The notes under the pieces are model-generated. The model did no database searches, was not told the origin of the DNA, and saw only the letters and a list, made by a program, of their open reading frames with translations. A program made the position numbers and the translations under genes. A stretch of 64,000 nucleotides of DNA from a virus. Where the stretch lies: the IMG/VR virus record IMGVR_UViG_3300033144_006696, positions 59,867-123,866 of that record; one strand, written 5' to 3'. Every line of letters begins with the position of its first letter. The stretch's first letter is position 1. Below, one piece after another: positions 1 to 10,323 of this stretch.

Positions 1-19
1 AGAATATAATCTTCCTGTA

Positions 20-367
20 ATGATGGAAAAAGAATATATGATTCCTGTTATTATTGAAAAAGAGTATGAACTTCCAATACTGATGGAAAAAGAATACGAA
101 AAACCAATACTGATTGAAAAGGAATATGAACTTCCTGTTGTAGCTGCTAAAGAATTCAAAGAGATCATTGAAGCATCCAAAGCGATGATTTGGGAATTAA
201 ATACAATAATTATTGGATTGAAAGAAACCATTAATCAAATAAATTCAACAATACCAAATCAGATCAAAATTCCTGAAATTGTGCATGAAAAAGTTTTAGT
301 AAAGGATGTTAAAATCATAGAAGAAACAATTACAGTTATTGGCAAAGTTATAACCAGAGGTAAATAA
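20..367 (+). CDS. hypothetical protein with decapeptide repeats
   Basis: Four tandem xEKEYxxPxx repeats; lies in the structural gene block. Confidence 0.6.
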   Translation: MMEKEYMIPVIIEKEYELPILMEKEYEKPILIEKEYELPVVAAKEFKEIIEASKAMIWELNTIIIGLKETINQINSTIPNQIKIPEIVHEKVLVKDVKIIEETITVIGKVITRGK

Positions 368-368
368 A

Positions 369-680
369 ATGGCAAGTTCACAGTATCATGAATTAAATCA
401 TCCAAGAAAAATATCTTCTGTTGAAGATGGTGAAATTGCTATTTATGGTACAAGTGATGGTGGGACAACTTGGCATCCAATTTCAGTAGATTCTTCTGGG
501 AATCTTAATATTGTAAATGGTTTAGTTCCTTCAGGATATGATTATATTGCACTATCATATACGGGAGATAATCTCACAGGAGTAGAATATAAAGAAGGAG
601 GAATCTCGGGTACTGTGGTTGCTTCATTGACACTTGTGTATGATTCCAATGACAATATAACATCCATTACTAAAATTTAG
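369..680 (+). CDS. putative virion/tail-associated protein
   Basis: Tightly packed ORF; YDYIALSYTGDNLTGVEYK beta-rich motif seen in phage tail-region proteins. Confidence 0.55.
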   Translation: MASSQYHELNHPRKISSVEDGEIAIYGTSDGGTTWHPISVDSSGNLNIVNGLVPSGYDYIALSYTGDNLTGVEYKEGGISGTVVASLTLVYDSNDNITSITKI

Positions 681-689
681 GTGTAAAAT

Positions 690-914
690 ATGGCTTATGT
701 ATTCAATGTTCTTACAGGAAATCTTGATTATTATGAACCAGCTTCTTCATCTCCCCCTGTATCAGTGGATGCTTATTTTCCTAAGTATGTTTTAACAAAC
801 GAAGAATTAACAATTCAAGCATTTGGGCAATATGTTCTACACGGAAAAGTTGCATTAACTTTAAATGGAACTGCTGAAATAATCTTAGAAGAAGGTGCGG
901 AGGTAATACTTTGA
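690..914 (+). CDS. hypothetical tail-region protein
   Basis: SD-like AGGTG upstream; packed operon. Confidence 0.55.
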   Translation: MAYVFNVLTGNLDYYEPASSSPPVSVDAYFPKYVLTNEELTIQAFGQYVLHGKVALTLNGTAEIILEEGAEVIL

Positions 915-1099
915 GTGAACCAGCAAAAATCATACTAACAATGGGCACATCTATCCCTGCACAAAATCCAGCAATTGGAAAAATTGCACTATACCCAAAA
1001 ACAGATGGATGGTATCAACTTGATTCTGATGGTGTTGAAACAAAAATAGAAGGTGGAGTAATACAAGAAGAAGCAATTATGTGGGCAATGGTTTTATAG
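911..1099 (+). CDS. hypothetical tail-region protein
   Basis: TTGA overlap with the previous stop; GKIALYPKTDGWYQLDSDGVE motif typical of tail fibre modules. Confidence 0.5.
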   Translation: MSEPAKIILTMGTSIPAQNPAIGKIALYPKTDGWYQLDSDGVETKIEGGVIQEEAIMWAMVL

Positions 1100-1108
1100 G
1101 AGTATTTT

Positions 1109-3823
1109 ATGATTGTTTTAGAAATAGGGGATAAAATTCAAGGAGTAGCTTCAGTTAATTCTGTAGTTGATTTTTCACTTTCTGGATTGGATAACAATAC
1201 TTTAAGTCTTCTTAGTACAGGCCAAATAAGTTCATCTCTTGCAGATTTATATACAGCAGATAGTGTTGATGTAGTTAAAACACTGACATTTGTCAATACT
1301 CACTCTGATGTTGTATATTTGAATTTATATGTTCTTCCATTTGAAGGTGTTGCAAGAAGAATTTTAGCGAAAGATTTGAAACTTTCAATAGGTACTGCTA
1401 TTCATACTGATGGTGAAATTTTCTCACTTGTTCATCCTGTTGAAGAATCTTTTTTGGCAAGTGTTGATGATACACCATATGATGCAACAACATGGAATGG
1501 AAATACAGATGCTGCTACTAAAAATGCAATTCGTGATAAAATAGAAACTCTTGCAAGTGGTCATGATGCAGTAACTATAGATACAGCAAATGGTTTATCT
1601 CTCTCTACTCAAGTACTTTCCCTTGCTGCTGCAACTAATTCTATTCCTGGTGCAGCAACAGCAGCACAAATCACTGCCATTGAAGCAAATACAGGAAAAA
1701 CTACTAACGCAACACATACTGGTGATGTGACTGGTGATGTTATTTTAACTCTTGATAAAACTGCAATAACAGGACAAACTACAGTAACTGCTGATAATGC
1801 TGATTATGTGGTTATATCAGATACGAGTGACACAGGGGCATTGAAAAAAGCACTTGTTTCTGATTTTGGTGGTATTGCTATATCAAGCTTTACTCAAGAT
1901 TCAGGGATACTTGTAGGGACTGGTGCAGGCACATTTCAGGAAGAAACAGGTGCAACTCTCAGGACAAGTTTGAATGTTGATGTCTCTGGAACAGATAATA
2001 GCACTGATGTCACCTTGCATGCTTCCGCCACAACTGGAGGATTAAGCTTATCAACTCAAGAAATAAGCAGTCGAGCCGCATCAAACGCATTGACAGGCTA
2101 TGCCACAGCAGCACAAATAACAGCCCTTGAACTGGCCACAAACATCGAAAATTATGCAAATTCTCCAATGGTTATCACAGGCGGTGAAATTACCACTTTG
2201 GGAGCAGCTGCCGGGACTTTTGATGTATCTGCTATCACAGCGTTGGTAAGATCTACAGATAGCTATACAGGTGCCTTGGTTTATATAACTTTAGGGGATC
2301 AAAGTGATGTTACTATTTCATTAGCGAATACCACATATTTTGTGTTTTTGGATTATAACGGTGGCGCCCCTCAAATAAATTTAGATACAACAAATGTTTA
2401 TGAAGCAGGTACAGATAGAACACAGCTTCCTATTGGAAAAGTGATGAAGGACGGTTCCGATGTTGTTCATTATATTTCTGGTGGATATAATTTTCAAGAT
2501 GGTGTCAGAAAATTACAACGCAGAATAAGAGATTTACACAATCTTACTCTTGCTTCTGGATCTACAATAGAATATCAGGCCACGAATCAATTTACGATGA
2601 CTCAGGCGGTAATATATGCAGGTGTAAATAAATTCACTATTGCCAATTACGACAGTAATGCAACGGATTTTATTCATTTTTATTCAGCAGGAGGCGGTAA
2701 TTTTACTTATACCGCTGCGACTGACACAATAGATTTTGCTAATTACGATGCGGGTGCAGGATCTCTTGATAGCGTTAGTAATGCTAAGTTTGGGTGTTTT
2801 TGGGTGTATGTACATATTGATGGTCATGCATATGTGCGGTATGGGGAATGTAATGGATCATTAGCGGAAGCAGAAGCCTCGTTAGAGCCAAGTAAACCTA
2901 TACACTTGGCTGACTTTGGTATTTTGGTTGGTAAATTTATAATGCCTGCTGCCGGGGGTAGTTTTTCACTTGTTCAAATGGTGACTGATACACAATTTAC
3001 GGCAGTATCTGCGGCTGATCATGCTAATTTAACCAGTCTTGCTTACGCGAATTCTGGGCATACGGGTTTTGCAACTGATGATAACACCACTGATGTGACA
3101 CTGAGCGCTTCCGCCACGACTGGGGGAATGAGTCTATCCGGACAGGAAATCAGTAATAGATCTGCCACAAACGCGTTGACAGGATATGCTACTGCTGCAC
3201 ATATTACGGCTATCGAAACTAATACGGACAAAGTAAGTCTTGAAGATAATTCCGTTACTCTTGCAAAAATGGCAGGCGGAACTGATGGTAATTTAATCAC
3301 TTACGATGCGGCTGGTGATCCTGCCTATGTTGCTACAGGGACGGTAGGTCAAGTTCTAACAAGTGCTGGAGCTGGCGCAGCTCCTACTATGCAGGATGCT
3401 GGCGGTATTTCTGATGTGGTTAATGATACCACCCCTACGCTTGGCGGACCGCTGGATGCCGATGATAAAATAATCTCAAAGGCAGTAATGAAAGATACCG
3501 GAGAGACAATCAATGTTCTCGGAGACCTCGGGGGTGGCACAGATGATATTGATCTTGAAGATGGGAATGTGGTAACTGCTACTGTTTCCACAGCAGAGCA
3601 GACATTCACTTTTTCAAATCCTCCGGCAAGCGGAACGAATGGGAGCTTTACTTTGATCCTCACGAATGGTGGCTCGCAGACTGTTAATTGGCCTGCAAGC
3701 GTTGATTGGGTCGATGCCACTGCACCCACTTTAACCGCTGCTGGTGTTGATGTTTTGGTGTTTACGACCATAGATGCTGGTACGATTTATTTAGGCTTCA
3801 CCGCCGGATTGGATGTGTCATAA
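1109..3823 (+). CDS. tail fibre protein
   Basis: 904 aa, T/A/G/S-rich, three internal repeats; C-terminal TFTFSNPPASG...NWPASVDW...DVLVFTT domain typical of phage tail fibres; RBS GGAG. Confidence 0.8.
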   Translation: MIVLEIGDKIQGVASVNSVVDFSLSGLDNNTLSLLSTGQISSSLADLYTADSVDVVKTLTFVNTHSDVVYLNLYVLPFEGVARRILAKDLKLSIGTAIHTDGEIFSLVHPVEESFLASVDDTPYDATTWNGNTDAATKNAIRDKIETLASGHDAVTIDTANGLSLSTQVLSLAAATNSIPGAATAAQITAIEANTGKTTNATHTGDVTGDVILTLDKTAITGQTTVTADNADYVVISDTSDTGALKKALVSDFGGIAISSFTQDSGILVGTGAGTFQEETGATLRTSLNVDVSGTDNSTDVTLHASATTGGLSLSTQEISSRAASNALTGYATAAQITALELATNIENYANSPMVITGGEITTLGAAAGTFDVSAITALVRSTDSYTGALVYITLGDQSDVTISLANTTYFVFLDYNGGAPQINLDTTNVYEAGTDRTQLPIGKVMKDGSDVVHYISGGYNFQDGVRKLQRRIRDLHNLTLASGSTIEYQATNQFTMTQAVIYAGVNKFTIANYDSNATDFIHFYSAGGGNFTYTAATDTIDFANYDAGAGSLDSVSNAKFGCFWVYVHIDGHAYVRYGECNGSLAEAEASLEPSKPIHLADFGILVGKFIMPAAGGSFSLVQMVTDTQFTAVSAADHANLTSLAYANSGHTGFATDDNTTDVTLSASATTGGMSLSGQEISNRSATNALTGYATAAHITAIETNTDKVSLEDNSVTLAKMAGGTDGNLITYDAAGDPAYVATGTVGQVLTSAGAGAAPTMQDAGGISDVVNDTTPTLGGPLDADDKIISKAVMKDTGETINVLGDLGGGTDDIDLEDGNVVTATVSTAEQTFTFSNPPASGTNGSFTLILTNGGSQTVNWPASVDWVDATAPTLTAAGVDVLVFTTIDAGTIYLGFTAGLDVS

Positions 3824-5973
3824 TGAGTTTACTTGCGAACAAATTAATAATGTGTGCAGGGAGTGGAGATGAAGAAATCCTCCCTGAAGCCATAGACTTT
3901 GACGGTACGAATGATTATTTGAGTCGGTCAAGTGATTTGGTGGGTAATACAGATGGTAAGACTTTTACTTTTAGTTGTTGGGTTTATAATTATCATACAA
4001 CGTCTCTTTCATTGTACTCAAGCAAAACGTCGGCAGGTACTATAAACATATATGTTAATAATTCAGGTACCTTGTATATACAGATGGTTAATGCTACCGG
4101 TACTGAGATTAGACTTAACTGGGAAGCACCGAGCAAAACAATACCTTTTGGCACATGGGTTAATATTATCATTAGTATGAATATGGCAAGTACTTCTTAT
4201 AGACATATTTATGTTAGTGATAAAGTAGTAACTGGTGCATATACCTTTTATGCAAATGAAGATATTTTATTTGCTCATACGGATCATTATATCAATAGTA
4301 ATTTGGGTAGCAGTGAGCGAGGCAAGGGCCGACTCTCTCATGCCTTCCTTGATTACACCTACAGAGATTTATCCACAGAATCAAACCGCCGTCTATTTTG
4401 CACTGAAGACCTAAAACCAGCAGATCCAGCCACATTAATTGCATTAAACCCGATTATGTATATGCAATTAACAGACCCAGACACAGCTCACGTAAACAGC
4501 GGCACAGGCGGGGATTTCGTGCTTAATGGGACTGTGGCTCTTAGTGAGCGGGGACCTAATCAGGATAATTGTGTGGCTTCTGAGTTTGATGGGAGTGCGG
4601 ATTATTTAAGTGTTGGAAGTGTAATCGGCTTATCTGATGGAAAAGAGCTAACATTATCATTTAATCTTAATCCACAAAGAACTGGAAATTCTGATACTTA
4701 TCAATTATATGTTGCGGATGGTGCTAACTACAAACTTCTTTTACGCTATGGCAGCGATGATATTATGCAGTTTGTTGTTAGAAATTCATCAAATACCGTG
4801 GTGTTGAATGTTACATATGCCTCTATCGGACCAGAGTTTAAGACTTATAGCATCGACATCTCAGTAGATTTGACTAACGCAGCAAATAGACATTTCATTA
4901 TTAACGGTGTTGATCTTACATCATCAGTCACATGGTCAATTTATACAAATAACAACATGGATTTAACTGGTGATACCTACGAAATAGGTCGAGGGTTTGC
5001 AATATTGCAGCCACAAACCATAGGAGAGTTTTGGTTCAATACCTCCTACACAGACCTATCAACATCAAACCCATTCTGGGACTCAGACCTAAACAAACCT
5101 GTACCAGTAAGACAAGTAATAGAAAACACAGGCGTAACGCCGTTAATTGCTTTGCCTATTAGAGCTGATGACGCAGGGAATAATCTTGGTACTGGTGGGG
5201 ATTTCACCTTGTATGGTGGTGGGCTGGTGGGTGCAAGAGGTGTATCTGAATTTTGGGCGAGATCTGCTAATTTTGATGGGAGCACTAATTATTTATCACG
5301 TACAACTCCGTTAGTTGGATCAGTGGATAGCAAACAAACTACTTTAGTATTTAGTTTTAATACAGATAGCGTTAGTGGAAATCATACTCTTTTTCATGCT
5401 CGTGATAGCACATCAAACAAGACGGCTGTAGTGTGTGATAACAATAGTACGTCATTGAGATTCTATCTCCAAGATAGTTCAGGGCAAATTCTGGCAATAT
5501 CGGGTGTTATGAGCACTGCTTTATCTATAAATACTTGGTATACTGTGCTTATTTCTGATGATAGAAGCACATCCACTACTCGTATTTATGTAAATGAAAT
5601 ACAACAGACCCCAACTCCATCAGTTGATATTGATAGTAATGTGACTTTAGCTAATGTGTGTATCGGAATAGGCGTGAATGAATATGATGGAGATTATGCA
5701 AATGATGGCTATTTTGATGGGGATATCGGATTTTTATATTTCTCAATAGATTACATAGACTTTTCTCAGGAATCAAACCGCCTATTATTTGTTGATGCTC
5801 TTGGATACCCAACAGACCTACAAAAGAAAATAGATGCCGGAGAAGTGCCTGAACCATTAATCTATATGCCATTTGATGACACAAGCGATTTTGGTGTCAA
5901 TTCAGGAACGGGTGGTGACTTCACTGAAAACGGAACAATAACAGCAGGCGCAGACATAGACCCTAACGCATAA
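3823..5973 (+). CDS. LamG/concanavalin-A-like lectin repeat protein (receptor binding)
   Basis: Three FDGxxxYLS-initiated beta-sandwich units separated by repeated NxGTGGDFxxNG linkers. Confidence 0.75.
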   Translation: MSLLANKLIMCAGSGDEEILPEAIDFDGTNDYLSRSSDLVGNTDGKTFTFSCWVYNYHTTSLSLYSSKTSAGTINIYVNNSGTLYIQMVNATGTEIRLNWEAPSKTIPFGTWVNIIISMNMASTSYRHIYVSDKVVTGAYTFYANEDILFAHTDHYINSNLGSSERGKGRLSHAFLDYTYRDLSTESNRRLFCTEDLKPADPATLIALNPIMYMQLTDPDTAHVNSGTGGDFVLNGTVALSERGPNQDNCVASEFDGSADYLSVGSVIGLSDGKELTLSFNLNPQRTGNSDTYQLYVADGANYKLLLRYGSDDIMQFVVRNSSNTVVLNVTYASIGPEFKTYSIDISVDLTNAANRHFIINGVDLTSSVTWSIYTNNNMDLTGDTYEIGRGFAILQPQTIGEFWFNTSYTDLSTSNPFWDSDLNKPVPVRQVIENTGVTPLIALPIRADDAGNNLGTGGDFTLYGGGLVGARGVSEFWARSANFDGSTNYLSRTTPLVGSVDSKQTTLVFSFNTDSVSGNHTLFHARDSTSNKTAVVCDNNSTSLRFYLQDSSGQILAISGVMSTALSINTWYTVLISDDRSTSTTRIYVNEIQQTPTPSVDIDSNVTLANVCIGIGVNEYDGDYANDGYFDGDIGFLYFSIDYIDFSQESNRLLFVDALGYPTDLQKKIDAGEVPEPLIYMPFDDTSDFGVNSGTGGDFTENGTITAGADIDPNA

Positions 5974-5981
5974 GGATAAAT

Positions 5982-6533
5982 ATGAGATACTACGATGAAA
6001 ACACACAAAGAATATTGACAACCAAAGGCGTTAGGAAAGCAGTTTACCCTTCTTGCCTGCCAAAGAACTTTACTCTTGGAAATATTATCAGTTTTGGAAT
6101 TAAAGGATACGCTGAAACTCAAAAACCAGAGCCATCAACAAATCTAAAAAAGATCATTGCCGGTGATCCTGTTCAAACTGAAGATGGTAATTGGGCGCAG
6201 GTTTGGGCTGAGGTTGATAAATTCTCAGACATTCCGGATAGCTTAACCAAAGCAGAACAAGAAACAGCATATCTTGCAGAATTAATAATTAGTTCCAGGA
6301 TCAGAATCCAGAATCAAAACAAGGCAAATTGTAAATCACTTATATATACCAGGTACAATCAAGAATTTCAAAACAATATGGGAATTGGATTGATCCCGGA
6401 AGCCACAGCCGCAACCGCAGCAACTTGGATCATGGACATGCGCGAAGAAGAGAACAGGGTATTTGATCTACTTGAAGCAGCAACAACCCTTGAAGAGCTC
6501 AATGCAATAGAAACCCCCACATGGGAGGTATAA
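5982..6533 (+). CDS. tail fibre assembly-like protein
   Basis: Follows the RBP; C-terminal AATTLEELNAIETPTW is typical of tail assembly chaperones. Confidence 0.55.
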   Translation: MRYYDENTQRILTTKGVRKAVYPSCLPKNFTLGNIISFGIKGYAETQKPEPSTNLKKIIAGDPVQTEDGNWAQVWAEVDKFSDIPDSLTKAEQETAYLAELIISSRIRIQNQNKANCKSLIYTRYNQEFQNNMGIGLIPEATAATAATWIMDMREEENRVFDLLEAATTLEELNAIETPTWEV

Positions 6534-6534
6534 A

Positions 6535-6690
6535 ATGGTAAAGCACAACTTAGACAGAACAGAATTTGAAGCGAAAAAAGTGGCAAAGGATGAATTAAAA
6601 AAACCACATACTCCTGCTAATTCAGTGCCGGGGATACGGGCGCGGGTTGATTTGATTGAACAGGTTTTGGGTATTGTAGTCGAAGAATAG
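6535..6690 (+). CDS. small hypothetical protein (51 aa)
   Basis: Read manually: MVKHNLDRTEFEAKK...; GGAGG SD; fills the gap exactly. Confidence 0.6.
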   Translation: MVKHNLDRTEFEAKKVAKDELKKPHTPANSVPGIRARVDLIEQVLGIVVEE

Positions 6691-6703
6691 CCCGGAGGCG
6701 GAT

Positions 6704-6895
6704 ATGGAATGTAAAGACTGCACGGAACATACCGGAATCATAGCGAGGATCGTATCTTTGGAAAAACAAACAGAACATCAGCAAGAATGCCTTGAACAAA
6801 TGAAGGGTCGATTAAATCAAATCTTAGGAGCCGTGCTTGTGTCTGTGATTGGGGTTTTGGGCCAGGTGCTTTATGCCATGACCAAGGGGGGTTGA
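6704..6895 (+). CDS. coiled-coil plus C-terminal TM protein (XhlA/holin-like)
   Basis: GGAGG SD; coiled coil followed by hydrophobic ILGAVLVSVIGVLGQVLY. Confidence 0.6.
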   Translation: MECKDCTEHTGIIARIVSLEKQTEHQQECLEQMKGRLNQILGAVLVSVIGVLGQVLYAMTKGG

Positions 6896-6896
6896 T

Positions 6897-7070
6897 ATGA
6901 GCCTTGCACCGATTTCAAAAAGGATGATAATTGGTGGTTTAGTTGCCATGGGAATCATTGCAACTGCCGGCATGATTTTTAAATTAGTTGAACCTGTGAA
7001 CGCTATGTCTGTTATCACACCGATTGTCACAGGTTTTTTTGCACTCCTGAATCTTGGGGACGGTAAATGA
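6897..7070 (+). CDS. putative holin (57 aa, two TM segments)
   Basis: Read manually: MSLAPISKRMIIGGLVAMGIIATAGMIFKLVEPVNAMSVITPIVTGFFALLNLGDGK; ATGA overlap with next gene; upstream of lysozyme. Confidence 0.6.
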   Translation: MSLAPISKRMIIGGLVAMGIIATAGMIFKLVEPVNAMSVITPIVTGFFALLNLGDGK

Positions 7071-7543
7071 AAAAAATCGATATGCCGATTATGAGACCGG
7101 TGCCTGTAAATACCAAAAACCAATCAACATTTACTCAGTTAAAACGCTGGATAACCATCGTTAGGCAGTGGGAAATCATGGAAAACTGGCAATTCACACT
7201 GCCAAGCGGGGTAAAAATCACCATTCCAGCAGGTTTTGTTTTTGATGGTGCCAGTGTTCCTCGTGTTTTTTGGTGTGCCTTGTCCCCCACTGGTATTTTA
7301 TTTATTCCAAGCCTGATTCATGATTTTGGGTACCACAATGGGTTTTTCTGGGCTACATCGGAAGATGGGCATCGGTATCAGTATGGCGAACTTTTCAACC
7401 GGGAAACTTTTGATCAAATTTTTTATGATGTCTGTAAAAAGGTCAATGGGATAAAATATGTTTCCAGGGCAGCATGGTTAATGATTTGAATGTTTGGATG
7501 GACTTCCTGGAACAAAAATGAAAAGACGAGGGTAGGGATATGA
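7067..7543 (+). pseudogene. DUF1353-family protein with in-frame TGA at 7487-7489
   Basis: GFVFDGASVP and SLIHDFGY motifs; frame continues MFGWTSWNK to TGA 7541-7543, which overlaps the lysozyme ATG. Confidence 0.7.
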
Positions 7544-7953
7544 TAATCAATAAAATACATAAATTGATCAAAGAGCATGAAGGGTTGAGACTTAAACCTT
7601 ACCGATGCACGAAGGGTAAACTTACAATTGGATGGGGCCATAATCTTGGAAATGGAATTACAGAAGACACAGCGCAATTTATTTTTGGTGAGGATCTGGC
7701 AGACTGTGCAGCAGACCTTGAATCAATATTCCCCGGGCAGCTTCAAAAATTGCCGATGGATGTTCAAATGGTTTTGATGGATATGCGATTCAACCTGGGG
7801 CATGGTGGTTTCCGGGGATTCAAAAAAATGATCCAAGCTGTTAAGCGGAGCAATTTGAAAGAGATGATTCGTCAGATGAAGGATTCCATGTGGTATCGGC
7901 AGGTGCCAGGCAGGGCCGAGGATTTAATCAAGATGATTAAAATTTTTGTTTGA
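7540..7953 (+). CDS. endolysin, GH24 T4-type lysozyme
   Basis: HEGLRLKPYRCTKGKLTIGWGHN catalytic motif; MRFNLG; WYRQVPGRA. Confidence 0.9.
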   Translation: MIINKIHKLIKEHEGLRLKPYRCTKGKLTIGWGHNLGNGITEDTAQFIFGEDLADCAADLESIFPGQLQKLPMDVQMVLMDMRFNLGHGGFRGFKKMIQAVKRSNLKEMIRQMKDSMWYRQVPGRAEDLIKMIKIFV

Positions 7954-8115
7954 TTAAATTTTAAATTTATGTAATGTTATTAAAGATTATTTTTATAAAA
8001 TAAAATAAAATAAAATATTGTACACTAAAATGTTTTGCAAGTAATTATTATATTTTGATTTTAAATGATTGAAATCAAAATAGTAATATAAATCCTATTA
8101 CAAGGAGATTTAAAA

Positions 8116-9138
8116 ATGTCAGAAATAGCTGATCGCAATGATAAAGAAAAATTCTACAAGGGACATTACGGAATTACAGGTACTTTTGCCCAAAAAATCA
8201 AAGAACTTGCTGTTGCTCATGATTACATTTACACTGATGGTTTATTGGCAATTGATTCCACTGATGGTGAAGTTATTATTACTTTGCCTCTTATGGCTGA
8301 AATTGAAGAAAGAGAATACAGACATATTTTCCCTATTATGCATGTTGCTGGAGACAACAATGTAAAAATTCAATGTTCTGGCTCAGAAACTTTTGCAAAT
8401 GGAGCAACTTTTTTTAATCTTGGAAAAGGATTATTTTGTTTTGATCTTTTTGTCCTGCAAACCGCTACTTATTCCACTTTTGGATTGTATTCACCATTAA
8501 CCATTAAAGCTAATCATACTTACGCTGGAACTTTTGACACTGCTTTATTTGCAACAACTGCTATTGCTCCATTGGCAACTGTGAAAAATAATGATCAAAG
8601 TGAAATCTTTCTGCTTCAGGGATTGTCTGATGGTACATTTACTTCCTGTGCCGATAGTACCCCTATTGGAGGAGATGTAGTTGTCACTGATGCCGCCCCT
8701 CATGGATTGACAACAGGTGAAGTCATTACAATTGCAGGAACAACCAGTTACAACAATGAATATGTAGTAACAGTTTTGTCCACAACTACTTTTTCCATTC
8801 CTACTCCACTTGCAGTAGGTACTGAAGCGGGTACTTGGATTCGTTCTGCTCGTTGTACCTGTCTTTTGACTGGACGATATAAAGTTGGATACCAAATGAC
8901 TGCTGTATCAACTGGTGGTGCTGCTTGGGTTATTACTGGATCTATTTTCAAAAATGGTTCTCTGCTTGCAAATACTTCAGTAGTACGAGGTGGTATTGTT
9001 TCTGGAACGGAATCTCTTGCTCTGCCAATGACAGATATTGAATTGGCTGCTGGGGACTTTATTGATCTTCGTGTTGATAATGATTCACTGACTGGCGCAT
9101 TGACAATTGCAATGCTTTCCGTGGAAATTACTGTTTAA
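8116..9138 (+). CDS. putative virion protein (FCCH-like module plus C1q-like C-terminus)
   Basis: AAPHGLTTGEVITIAG module; LLTGRYKVGYQ C1q-like strand; AAGGAG SD. Confidence 0.55.
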   Translation: MSEIADRNDKEKFYKGHYGITGTFAQKIKELAVAHDYIYTDGLLAIDSTDGEVIITLPLMAEIEEREYRHIFPIMHVAGDNNVKIQCSGSETFANGATFFNLGKGLFCFDLFVLQTATYSTFGLYSPLTIKANHTYAGTFDTALFATTAIAPLATVKNNDQSEIFLLQGLSDGTFTSCADSTPIGGDVVVTDAAPHGLTTGEVITIAGTTSYNNEYVVTVLSTTTFSIPTPLAVGTEAGTWIRSARCTCLLTGRYKVGYQMTAVSTGGAAWVITGSIFKNGSLLANTSVVRGGIVSGTESLALPMTDIELAAGDFIDLRVDNDSLTGALTIAMLSVEITV

Positions 9139-9154
9139 TTTATTGTTTCTATGT

Positions 9155-9205
9155 AAAAAAGCTAAACATCTTAAAATATCACAGAGTATTGTTGTTTAGC
9201 TTTTT
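9155..9205. terminator. bidirectional intrinsic terminator
   Basis: AAAAAGCTAAACA...TGTTTAGCTTTTT inverted repeat between convergent gene blocks. Confidence 0.75.
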
Positions 9206-9218
9206 ACAAAAGAATTGA

Positions 9219-9539
9219 TCAATAGTTTCCATGGAATTTTTTATGGAAACTATTATTAATTTCAGTATATTCATTATCCCACTTTTCACCATGTTTTCCA
9301 TCTGGGCCGATGGCTACGTGGGCCAGTTCATGAGCTAAGACATCAATTGCGCCTATTATCGAGATTTCTACATCAATACTTACAATAGGAATCCCGCCGT
9401 CATTCGGGAAAAATGTTTCTCCGTATGCATCCGCTTTTTCTTTCATGCCTTGGACATATTGAACGATTACTTTTTTCTTTGGATGTCGCTGCTCAAAAAT
9501 ATCTATTATTACTTGTATTGGATCTTGGAATGCTATCAT
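9219..9539 (-). CDS. HExxH zincin/SprT-like protein
   Basis: VLAHELAH and HGEKW motifs. Confidence 0.6.
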   Translation of the reverse strand: MIAFQDPIQVIIDIFEQRHPKKKVIVQYVQGMKEKADAYGETFFPNDGGIPIVSIDVEISIIGAIDVLAHELAHVAIGPDGKHGEKWDNEYTEINNSFHKKFHGNY

Positions 9540-9757
9540 TTTTTTATCCTTTTTAAATTGAGAGTTTATATATATTATAAATTCACATAAATACCAGATC
9601 CCGCTGATACTATATTAGAGACATGTGTTGTGATAATTTCATCTTGAGATAATTCTTTCCCAGAATTTTCACAAATACTTGGATAGCCATTGATAAACCA
9701 CGGTACACCTTCTGGGTGGACATATACAAAATTCCATCAGATCTAATTTTAATTTTA

Positions 9758-10297
9758 TCATTGATTTCCTTTTCGTCTATAATTCCACCAAGTAAACCAT
9801 CCTCCAATTGCAACACCAATATATGCCATATAAGGTAAAACTTTCATTCCTGTTATATACCAATTAATTAAACAAAATAATTTATCAGATTCATGTTTTG
9901 ATATTGGAATTTCTTTAAGATCGTGCATTCCTTCATTAATATTAGAATAATTCAATGCAAGAATTACATTTCCTTCTTTATAACATCTGTCATGAAAAAT
10001 TGCGCCAATGTACAATACACCTTCAGGAGAAACAAAACTTCTTAGAGGTTTTGGGATAGATACGCCATCTACTTCTGTTCCTTTTGGAAGTTTTATGTAA
10101 ATATGACTATAAGGTTTATTATTCACCATAAATTCAAAAGGAATATAAAGATAATAGTCTTCATCAATTATTATCTTTCTTGAAAATTTCAGAAAAATTA
10201 AAGCTCTTTTATACCAAGGAAGCAATCTTGTGTTTAATGGTACTTTTCTTTCCCACGGATATTCCATTGTGCCTTTTTCAAGATTGACGATTTTCAT
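9758..10297 (-). CDS. DUF1353-family protein (second copy)
   Basis: DGVSIPK, AIFHDRCY, ESDKLF, VAIGGW motifs. Confidence 0.75.
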   Translation of the reverse strand: MKIVNLEKGTMEYPWERKVPLNTRLLPWYKRALIFLKFSRKIIIDEDYYLYIPFEFMVNNKPYSHIYIKLPKGTEVDGVSIPKPLRSFVSPEGVLYIGAIFHDRCYKEGNVILALNYSNINEGMHDLKEIPISKHESDKLFCLINWYITGMKVLPYMAYIGVAIGGWFTWWNYRRKGNQ

Positions 10298-10323
10298 TTT
10301 AATATTCCTTTTAAGTTTATTTT

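Noticed and set aside
3043-5884. Antisense ORFs within tail genes, and similar + strand ORFs opposite the replication genes
   Set aside because: No RBS or motifs; typical shadows of the coding strand
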